Below are positions 21,623 to 64,000 of a DNA stretch of 64,000 bases, piece by piece. The number at the start of each line of letters is the position of its first letter. Within the stretch, counting starts at the first letter, position 1. The translations under genes were made by a program, and so were the position numbers. Origin of the DNA: Eledone cirrhosa (Eukaryota). Location of the stretch: assembly GCA_964016885.1 (NCBI GenBank), contig OZ024743.1:282844001-282908000 (forward strand). The letters are read 5' to 3'. Under the pieces are notes generated by a model. It ran no database searches. It had not been told where the DNA came from and was given only the letters and a program-made list of their open reading frames with translations.

Positions 21623-24600
21623 CAGTTTCATCACGTTTTCAAATAAAAAAATCTTGCAAAACATACATGAAATTAATATATATTACAAAAGGAAGTATTT
21701 ATAAGTTACTTGGCCAGACATAATCCCAGCAAAATATCCAAATTGATAAGGTATTGAACTATCTTATCACAGGTTCAAATCTGCTGCTGGTATTTTGTTA
21801 TGATTCTGGGCAGAACACTTTTCTACATTACTTTAATTTACCTAATAGTCCAGTTCCTTGTGTATTTTCGTTCAAATTTTTTGGAGATTTACTAAACTAT
21901 ACATTTTTGGAAACGTTAGGACGTATTGAACACAAAAATCAATGTTACCATTTTTTTAGCGTTCCGAACATGGCCGTCTTAGGGCTTCAAAATGGCGACC
22001 GTTTGAAATCAAAATTTACCAATATATCCACTTCCAAGCCATGTAGCCTTTTACTTTCAGTGGCTAAACTTACATTTTAAGGGGCCTATTACTGTTATGG
22101 CTTACTCATGTGTAGGTTTAGCTGACCGCCTATGAGGTTGCATCCCATAGGAAGTTTCTCCAACCATATCATATATTTTTCTGGTGATAAGATTTGAACT
22201 CGGCATGCAAGAGCTGACACTAATACAGCTGATCCACCACTCTGGACTGCTACTTTAATTATTGACTCCTAAAAGCATAGAAAGCAAAGTTCACTTCAAT
22301 GAGATTTGAACTCAGAGAGCTGGAACAAATAGACAGCGGATCTATTTTGAAATGTTCAGTCTCATACTAAAGATCATCTTGATATTGGATATTGACTGGG
22401 TCACATCTACCCAATTCCATAGTAAACTCATTAGATTGGTTGCTACTTCAGTTCACCACTCTTTTATATATATATATATAATCCCCCCCCCCATTTAACA
22501 TCTGTGGACTGGGTGCTCTTTTGTCATGTCACGAGCATGACCACCTTACATGGTGGACTAAGTGCATTTGTCTTGGCAGTAGCAATGTGGGAGAGCGTGT
22601 CCAGCTTTCTGTGCTTGTATGCATGGGTAAGACGGTCACACACACACATGGTGAAATGTGGTTGGCATTAGGAACGATATCTGGCTATAGAAAAACCAAG
22701 CCAAAAATGAGGAAGATGTAGTCATCTGATCTGTCTAGCTTCTCAATGTAACAACCTGTTTAACCCAAGCAACCATGGAAAATAGACATTAAACAGTGAT
22801 TAGTGTATATACATACATACATACATACACATATATATATATATACAGAGAGAAAGGGAGAGAGAATAGAAACCAAACAATATAATTAACCTTAAAATGC
22901 TTTATTTTTGTTTTATATTAGAAATCATCACAAGACATTTTGTACAAATTTATTTATTAAAAAAAACTGATAGTGTGTCAGTCCATTGGAGTACATATAC
23001 TCAGATGTATGAACACATGTGCACATGCACGCACACAAACACACACAGGCACACTCCATTGCTAGATAAACAGTGGATTGAATCTGAAATTCCAGCAGAT
23101 TTAGTTATTTTGATTACCTTAATGATTTACATGACACCTTATTTAAAATGGTATGTTTTACTGGTGAGCATTTATTCTTTATTTTTCTCTATTATATGAA
23201 GAACCCTATGCCTGTATTTCTGGTATAGGCTGTAAGGTCTCATCATTAGGAGTGAATTCAGATGAGAAAGAGAGAGTGAGAGTATAAAATGTCTTACTAG
23301 TAATGATATTTACCTGTGGCACCATTAAAACTGCATATATATGTATGTATATGATGTATTAAAAAAAAAAATTCAGTAATATAAATAAACAGAGGATCAG
23401 GTTGTCGTTGAAAACAAAAATGGTCGTATTAATGATTTATTCAGAGGCTGATAAAAACGGAAATCTTTGATAAATGCAAAGACATTAAAAAAAATAAATA
23501 AATAAAAGGAGACCTATCATAATTTTTTTTTTTTTTGCAAATTCTTTTTTTTGCATGTTCATAAAATTTCATTTAATTTCAGTTGATACAATTGGTTATT
23601 TCACCAACAATACTCATACACTTTAACAAATAATAATTTTCTGAAGAATGTTTTTATAAATCAGATGAGGTAAAAAGATTGGTCAGTATGAAACAACTGA
23701 CAGAGAAATTTGAGAAGAGAAATGGCAGAAGAGGTCAAACAACTTAAAACACTAAAGAAAAAATATCCCAATGTTTTATATAAATAGACTTTTACAATAT
23801 AGGACTAATAATTGGAAATTGTTCAGTAACTTCTGCATGAATTCCAAGTGGTTGTTAGATTTTTTTCTTTTATTTTTAAATAGGTGAGCAAATAAAATTT
23901 TTAATTTATACCCAACATAAAATACACCATGATGAAACTATCTGCATGAATAATTTCTCTTTTTTAATTTTTTTTCATGTCAGAAATAGATAGAGAGAGA
24001 GAGAAGAGGGTGGGGTGGATAGATAAAGATAGATTTGAGAACGAAGGGGTGGATAGATAGATAAAGATAGATTTAAGAAAGGCTTTGGTAGACGATCTAG
24101 AAAACATCATCCATCATCAGATTAAAATTTACTTAGTTATATTTCATGTTTTACATTTTACTTAGTCTATATTTTAGACTCAATAAGTTAAAACTGGTTG
24201 AAAGCAATCTTTTATGATGGAATATTTCATTCATACATTTGGGATTGAAAAAGAGAATGATTAAAAAAAAAACATTATGGGTATCACACTTTTATTTTTG
24301 AAATACCACTTTTTATGGTTGCTTTGTCTCAAGTTATCATGATTGAGAATACAATCAAGTAGCTTGCTTACAGTGAAAATGTCTATTAGCAAATGTAATA
24401 CACACAAAATAGATACATACATGCCCACATACAAATCTACATATGTACATGCTCATACACAATGCACATATACGCAGTGAATATACACACACATACATAC
24501 ATACATACATACACTCATCGCTACACATAAACCTACATATATACATGCACATATGCCTGGTGAACATACATACACACGTGCTTGCACACAAATTTACACA

Positions 24601-25102
24601 TGTGCATGCACAGACATATATATTCAGTGAACATACAAAATCCCGTTCATGTACAGATGTAGTGTAATTTTCACTTCCAAATGTGGCAGTTAATGATAGC
24701 TCATCGATACTCATATGCAAGCAAATACCATGTAGCCACATTTTACAATGATAAAAACTATATACAGTTAGTCATCTTGACCAAAGATGGTTCTTTGAGA
24801 AGATGAAGGAACAAAATCAACTGGCCATTGTTTAGCAAGGACAAAAGGTGATGCAATTAATTGCAATGGTCTTTATTCACCCAAATGTCTAGAGCCCTCA
24901 TATTAGTGACCTTTTAAATGGACACTGAATATACTTGCAAAAAAAAAAAAAAAACTTTTGTTGTAAAATGAATTAAGTATTGCTTTTCTGTCGAAAAATA
25001 ATTTCCCCTTTGGCACACAAAGAGCAGAAAAGTTGGCCAAAAACCCCAACACTGTTCTGTGAATTATTAAATTTTTTATTTTATTTAATTTTTTTAAAAT
25101 TA

Positions 25103-56430
<31,328 letters not shown>

Positions 56431-57266
56431 CTGAAACAAATAGAAGTATAGAGATGAGTTTTACTTGGCAATGGGATAGGCAAGGTTTGTAGTGTATTGT
56501 CTCCTGAGTCCAAAATATCATTTCTAACATGATAAGCTGTTTTTTAAGTGGAGGGGAATTCTATAGGGACAACAGCAAGAAAGTAGAGAGCCTTGTTAAA
56601 AAAGTAGTAATAACCCCTTTAGTAGCACTCCTCTCTGTTAGTAATTATTTGCTGTCTAATTCTTTATCAAGAAGCATATTAACTGAAATATGAATGAATG
56701 GCAAACTGATATTTCAAACCCTCTACTAGAAGTATTCATTTTTGATGTACTAATGTAACTAATATTAATAACAGTAACAACAAACATAACATAAGCAAAA
56801 TTTTCCCTTCTTAATGTTGTATTATTGGAAACCCTGCCCAAGTTCGAGGATGCAATGCAACTTGATAGTGACAGTTGCTAGAAGTTTATTGGTTAATGGA
56901 AAAAAAAAAAATCATTTGACATAGAGGCTAATAATATTTTTAAAAGGTACTATAATCATATTCATAGATACTCAAAACAATGTTACATTTATATATTCCT
57001 TTAAACCTATTAGATAAATCATACTTTTAAATGAATGTCCTCGGATATACTAATAAAAGTATCAGTTAATGAAAGACCCTTAACACAAAAGCAAATAAAT
57101 CTGAAAGGTAATGTAATCATCATATACATGAGTATATTGTTACTTTTTATATATTTATCTAAACTTATATGATAAACCAAATTTCGAATCCTTTTGATAC
57201 CAACTCAGCTAAACTGGCTCTGGTTCTATGAAACAAAACCACTCATTTTAAAGGGTACCTATTTAA

Positions 57267-57663
57267 CCCTTTAGCATTTACATTATTCTATATTTACTAT
57301 TGCATTTTCACGGTAAACACTTCACCTCACATAATATTGAATCTATGAGATTTTGATATTATTTGTTTTGATGGATTGGCAGTATTGGTAGAGCGTCGGA
57401 CACTATGCCTTGCGACACAGAGTTATGACCCTTTACGTTTCAAATCCCACCGACATTAGCTTTGCCTTTCACCCTTATGGGGTTAATAAAATGAAGTACC
57501 AGTAATGCACTGGGGTAGATTTAATCCCCCCCCCCCCCAACCAGAAACCATTATTTATTTTGAGAATACCGTAACGTAAGTATGAGCAGCCGGTTATGGC
57601 TGGTTAGAACAGAAAGAGGTGAGAAAATTCTGGCTGGATACGGCTGGTTTAAATGCTAAAGGG
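57267..57663. mobile_element. piggyBac-type MITE family A with nested SINE (57372-57550)
   Basis: TTAA-flanked with intact TIRs; SINE bounded by a 13-bp TSD ttattt(g/a)ttttga at 57359-57371 and 57551-57563. Confidence 0.85.
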
Positions 57664-58349
57664 TTAAATGAAAAACTACCAGCATAATGTAAATAAAAGA
57701 TAAAAAAACATTTATAAACTATGGTTTTTCTATCTAATATAGATTTTATCTAGTCTCAAAACAATGATAGAAATTGAATTAGAAAGGTATTCCGTCATCC
57801 ACGGCAAGTTAATTAATTGGAAGGTTGTTGTTATGGCTCATACACCATAGGTTTAACTGGCTTCTAATGAGGCTGCATCACAGAGGATGTCACTTGGGTG
57901 GTTTTAATACAAGGTTAACTCCCAGCTGCTGCAATATGAAATGAAGTGCCATGTTCAAGGCACAATGTGCTACCTTCACACACACACACACACACACACG
58001 TGATATGATATGAAGAGTTTTTTTTCTACTGTAGTTTTAATTTTATTTAACTAGGTAATTGTATTTTGTGTGGTGTGTTTTGGCGAGTTTAGTCTGGTTG
58101 TATTTTATTGTTGAGTAAGGATATAAAAGGAAAAAATCATACACTACATTATATATAATAGCAGGGATTATGGGAGATGTCTTAGTTCTAATATAGATAT
58201 TTAATTCATGATTAGCTCAGTTTTTACAAATGTAATTTCTACGAGTTTGGTATCCAACGGTCTTGTTCACTAGATGCTTTGTTTTCCGATTGCATTATCT
58301 ATGTATAGGGCATTCGACAATTGCTTGTGTTTGATCTATATATATATGT

Positions 58350-59113
58350 ATCATCATCATCGTTTAACGTCCATCCTCCACGCTAGCATGGGTTTGGACG
58401 GGAATTTTCCCACTTGAGGCAAGATTGGTTGTCTTGCTCGTATAGGACTGTCTGGCAGGTTTTCTACAGCTGGATGCCCTTCCTAACACCAACCACGTTT
58501 ACAGTGTGGACTGGGAGGTTTTTACCGTGTTACCTACATGGCCACATTACAGCGTGGACTGTGTGTTTTTTTTGTCGTGACACATACATGACCTCATTTA
58601 TTTAGAACTGGATGTTGTGGTACCAACATAACTTTACATCAAGAGGGGTGGTGTGGATGGGGTGGGGGTAGTGGGACGGGGGTGTATTTTGGCAAGAGGT
58701 GCCTACTGACTGTAGGTTTCGCTTTGCACTTAGGCAAGGCGGGTCTTCTGTATTACTGCGTAGCGCCAACGATCTCGGTCCAGTGACATTGTCTTGGAGA
58801 GGTGTAAGTGTGTGAGGTCGGAATTTATCAAGTCGTCCCAGGTTTTTCTGGGTCTGCCTACTCTGTGGCTACCGTCTATTTTGATCGCCCTGCACTTTTT
58901 TTATACAGCTGTCGTCTTTCATGCACATCACGTGACCATACCAACGTAGTCTTCTCTCGAGTAAACAGCATCTGATCCCTCTTATTCCTAATTTCTCACT
59001 TAGTTCATTTATGCTTTGCCGTTTACATATATTACTATTACACATCCAACGGAGCATGCAAGCTTCGTTCCTCTCCAGTCTGCGTAGATCCTCTGCACAC
59101 AATGCCCAAGTCT
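58350..59113 (-). mobile_element. RTE LINE 3' end (close relative of 43355-44085)
   Basis: CAEDLRRLERNEACMLRWMC...RRLRWYGHVM; 3' UTR and (tga)n tail nearly the same as the 43-kb copy. Confidence 0.88.
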
Positions 59114-59330
59114 CGTATATATGTGCAATGTAGTGTATAGGTATATCTAGGGTAGTTATCGATGGTGACTAGACTTGTTGGAGCAATAACAGTCTTGTTG
59201 AGGGGGAGAGAAAGAGAGATAGATAGATATCTTCTTTTATTTGCCACAGGGGTGTACAAAAATGGGACATTACAAGACGTGACGGCGGGGGGGGTTTTAC
59301 ATAAAAAAATCATATAACTTTCACATTAAT

Positions 59331-59490
<160 letters not shown>

Positions 59491-59716
59491 CAGAGATTAT
59501 TTCATGATATTATTTTACAATCTTTTTATCTAGTTTATTAGTCTAGAACTGTAGCTCCTCATTTCCCTCCTCACCAACACTGAAAGCTTGAAGATAATTT
59601 TCAGAATCTGTAATATTTATCAGCAAAGTGCTCACAGAATTAATATAAGAATTACCAGAGGAAAATGTTTGAAATGAGTTAAATTTGATTTTGGATTTAT
59701 TCAGTATGTTATTTAA

Positions 59717-59917
59717 CCCTTTAATGTTCAAACCGGCCAAAATTCTTTACTTCTTTTCTGTTGAAACTGGCCACTCATACTGATGTTAAGGTATTGTTCT
59801 CAAAATAAATACTTTCAAAATCTCATAGGTTCGATATTATGTGAGATAGTTATGCAAGGTAAAGCTTTACCAATGAAAATATAATAGTATATATAGAGTA
59901 ATGTGAATGCTAAAGGG
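59717..59917. mobile_element. piggyBac-type MITE family A
   Basis: TTAA-CCCTTTAATGTTC...TGAATGCTAAAGGG-TTAA. Confidence 0.75.
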
Positions 59918-62305
59918 TTAAACCCCCCCCCTCCACCACAAACACACACCGGTCCTATCATCATCATTATTAGAAACAATATGTTATGTTTTGTAATCAG
60001 GCAATCTTAGAGGAAGAAATACATTAGCTAAGGGTTAGATTTGTTGGCACAGCTGTTTTCAAAGTATTTCTAAAGGTTTACTTGTTAAAAGTACTTTTCA
60101 AAGTTGTTTTATACAGATATAAAAAGTCTTTCTCTTCTTGTAATCTTTGTTTTTTTGCTTTGGTTTGGCATACTACTTTGAAGAATAAGAAACAAACAAT
60201 CACTGCACTATCTGTGGAAACAGTATTAAATATCAAGGTAATGAAAGAGTTTTTTTTAGCAAAGATAACTAAATAATAACAGAAAAAATCATATTTTCTG
60301 TCAAGATAATCTCTATTCTATAAAGTATCAGGTCTCCAGGATATGTATTTTGATTTCAAGGACAATATAGGGCACAAAGATGGTTGTGCGATTAAGAGGT
60401 TTGCTTTGCAAACATGTGGTTTGGGATTTGATCCCTCTGTGTGACAAATTGGGTGTCTCTCTACCATAGTTTCGGGCTGACCACTAGAAGATGGAAACTG
60501 TATGGAAGCCTGTCATATTAATATGACTGTGAGTGTATTGTTTCTGTGTGGCTTCTCATTGAAGTGATGCAGTGATTACATTTATGTCCCACAGCACAGC
60601 AGTTCAACATGCAAGGACCACAGGAACAAAGTACCCTTACTTGAAAAATAAGGATCAGCACCAGGAAGGGCATCTGGCCATAGAATACAGCCTTAACAAG
60701 ACTTGTCTAACCATTACCAGCATGGAAAATGTAGATGCTAAAACGATCGTGAAGATGAATGTTTGTGTTAAATAGGTTAAACATAGCTATGAAACTAATC
60801 AAATTATAAAATAGATATCAATATAACATGACCAAAGTATGGTTAAGCAGTTTGCTTCACAATTCTGATGTTCTGGGCTTGATCCTATTGTGTGGATTCT
60901 TGGACAAGTCTCTTTTACCATACAATGGATTGATTCAACGCAGGGAGTGAAATTGGACGACAGAAATTGTGTAGAAGCTTGTTGGATGAATTGTATCTGT
61001 CTCATTGATTCTGCTTGAGAATTCTGTTGTGGGGCCATGCGTGTTTGTGGAATATTAGCTCCTTACATATTAATTTAACGAGTAAGATGTCAAGTTGGTC
61101 ACACAAACTGGATGCTTATTGTCGCAGACAACAGAAGATCTATCATACATTAGTCTCATATGCAGTTGACAAATTCTTAGATTTTAAGATCTGGTTATCA
61201 TCATGTAACAGCCACTTTCCATGCTTGCATGGGGATGGATGGGTAGTCATGATCTGATACCAGACAGGTCAGAGAGACCACATCTTGTTCCTATATTCTA
61301 TATTCTGGGTATGTGGTTTCTACAGCTGGATGGTCTTCCTAATGCTAACCATTTTTCAGAGTACTAAGAAGCATTTTATTTGTGATACCAGCTCTAATGA
61401 GGTTGTTAATTTGATAAGACCAAAGAAGTTCTCCTTTACCCTAAGTTTTTTTTTTCAATTTCAGGATAAGTTCAAAGATACTAACTTCCAGATGGGTTCT
61501 GAATCCTATTAGCAGTTATAAGAATTCATGAATAAATATTATTATACGGTTTCTGACATGACTAAGTACTTAAATTCATTATACTAAAACCATAAAATCA
61601 TCAAAATATTTATATATAGTATCAGCATATTAATAACTTATTTCTTGTTTATTCAGCTACTATTAAAAATCATCTATCCATGCTTCCATTAATATATAAC
61701 TTCAATAACAGCAGACAAAAGATTCATAAATCTATTGTCCTTTCCTTTTCCCCCTTGGATTTTAATATCAATACATATTTTCCTTTTATGAATTATTAAT
61801 TAAATATATTTATAAATAAACGATATGTTATAGCAAAAATATTATCAGAGTGATTTTATCTCTAGAGGGACTCAAGTTCATTTTCAGGGAGAAGCTTAAT
61901 TCTGCAGATCTGCTGAAAGTACAATGAGATGTTTATAAGAGAGGGTATTAAAAAAAAAAAACCTTGCAACTGCTTTCTAAAGATTTATTGACTCATATCT
62001 TTACTATCTACTAATATTTTGCCATATGCAAAAGCTCATTAAACAAAATCTTGTGAGATGAATATCTGCAAAACAAAATAAAATCTAACCCCACCACAAT
62101 TCTAGGGAGCAATCAAAAGTTAGACATTACATAGTGTTTATAGTAAAAACATTATTTCACATTGCAAAATTCATTCAACACTTATATTTCTCATCTAAAA
62201 TACTAACAGACAAAATGGAGGTTTATTATTATCAAATAACTATAATAAAAATTTCTGAGTTGTATTTATTTAGCAAGTGACTTGATTAGAGACTGTTGAA
62301 ACTGA

Positions 62306-62326
62306 AATAATAATAATAATAATAAT

Positions 62327-62357
<31 letters not shown>

Positions 62358-62362
62358 TAATA
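62306..62362. repeat. (TAA)n microsatellite
   Basis: Direct reading; explains the poly-Tyr ORF 62286-62528. Confidence 0.9.
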
Positions 62363-64000
62363 ATGAAATTATTGTGTACAACTCATCAAAGGTGCATGTA
62401 TAGTACATAGAATAATGTACAAATGTCATGATATAATAATAATAACAATAATGAAATATTGTGTACAGTGCCCAGGTGCACCACAACTCATCAAAAAAGT
62501 GCATGTAGTTGTACATAGGGCAATGCACATATCATGGAATAGTTAATTTAGCCATTTAAAATGCACACACACTTTCATTTTCTATTTATTTCAAAATACT
62601 GTCTATATTCATGTAGAAGTTGCACTGTTTTCCAAGAATAAACAAAACATATACACCACTAACATGCAACTTATCTAGTAAGTGGACTTCAAAAACTTTA
62701 AATGTGAGTCAAGTACTGTGCCAAGAATGTTTTATGTAAAATGAGGGTGAAAACTTGGGTATTTACGATAAATATAAAATGAATATAACAGTTTATGACT
62801 AAAATGACTTTTCAATGTTGTAAATAATTGTTTCTACTATAGGCACAAGACCAGCAATTTTGGGGAGTGGAAAGTTGATTAAATTGACCCCCAGTGCATT
62901 ACTGGTGCTTTATTTTTATTGACCCCATAAGGATGAAAGGCAAAGCTAACCATGGCAGGAGTTGAACTCAAAACGTAAAGGGCCGTAACTGTGCTGCGAA
63001 ACCTTTTCTATAACGTTTTTGTTACTATATTTCTAATGAAAGATACTCCATGATTTGCAAATGACTTTCAAAATAATCATAATTAAGCTGGTGTTTTGTA
63101 AAATTATGATTAGAAACTGGGGAGGGGTGGTTTTAGGCAGTTTGGTATCAAAAGGGTTTAATATTTTAGATGCCATTGATGTCATGTTAATTATGGTAAT
63201 AATGAATGAGTTGGATTTGTTTATGAATAACCACAATTTAACTCTTCTTACAATATTTCTAATGAAAAATAATGCATTTATGTTTCAAATAATTAAGAAT
63301 TTGGAGGTATTTAGTAATATAACTAATTTTTTCATAATTAAGCTGCTGTTTGGGATATAAAGGTTCTTATATAAATATAAATACTTTAAAATAAAATAAA
63401 CTATCTTATATTATAGTGGTTTGGTAGCAAAAGGGTTAAACAGATCTATAAAATTGATTTTGGTCATCTTATTTTCTTTCAATACCAGTTATTTTAGAAT
63501 CAATATGGATTATTTCTAGAGTTTAATTAATCTAACACTAATTCTAGCTACTACCATCTCGCAGCACTATCTCTTCCTCTCTGTTTGTCACTCCATCCTA
63601 TTACAGCACCATGATAGTAGTAAATTCTTTTTCCAATTAAATAATTAGAAAGATTTTCAAAGTAATTTTTTAACATCCTAAATTCAAACAAAACATGTGT
63701 ATCCATGCATATCAACACAGACACACATTGTATACACCCAGAAACAGATACACATGCATAAATCACCATAAATTAATACAAAGCCACATTAGTTTATCAA
63801 TATGATAAGTATTCCAGATATGTTAACTTTAATTCTTTATTCATATCCTGTCTTAAATTTTACATTTGAGAGAAAGAGAGAGCAGAAGGGGGTTAATAAG
63901 AAAAAAAAAGCAAATGTCTTCATTTGATGAGAGGAATGAGAGAGAAAGAGCATGTGGGATGTTTAAAAAAGCAAATGTCTTACATTTGATGAGAATGACA

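Noticed and set aside
24355-24741. 128-aa Cys/Val/Met-rich ORF and His-rich (HxH) ORF on the other strand, tempting as a METTL9 substrate
   Set aside because: Translations of a degenerate (CA/TA) microsatellite in the probable SMURF 3' UTR.
62286-62528. Poly-Tyr ORF; likewise 51314-51599 and 49729-50031
   Set aside because: Trinucleotide microsatellite translations or wrong-frame overlaps of real exons.
63903-63995. Duplicated aaaaaagcaaatgtctt(a)catttgatgaga
   Set aside because: Short local duplication at the window edge; no context to interpret.

Overview
AT-rich, repeat-dense animal genomic DNA; the SINE/RTE repertoire looks cephalopod (Octopus-like), which is an inference. It holds two convergent spliced genes: a complete 6-exon METTL9 (+, 6373-19850, 310 aa) and 15 exons of a C2-WW3-HECT E3 ligase of the SMURF type (-, 25103-56430; its 5' exons were not found and probably lie beyond the window). 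Introns and flanks contain RTE and other LINE fragments, tRNA-headed SINEs, TTAA-flanked piggyBac-type MITEs and the start of a hAT transposase at the left edge. Three things stand out. (1) A 2.8-kb Merlin (IS1016/ISXO2-like DDE) element with an 8-bp TSD is a giant inverted repeat carrying two divergent transposase copies, 0.57 kb upstream of METTL9. (2) A 763-bp fold-back element with Merlin-like ends and an 8-bp TSD sits in METTL9 intron 4. (3) Hammerhead-ribozyme-like motifs with an atypical CUGA-NN-GA core occur in METTL9 intron 1 and inside an 851-bp element with identical 235-bp direct repeats in a (TA)n tract. All analysis was by eye; no searches or folding were run.
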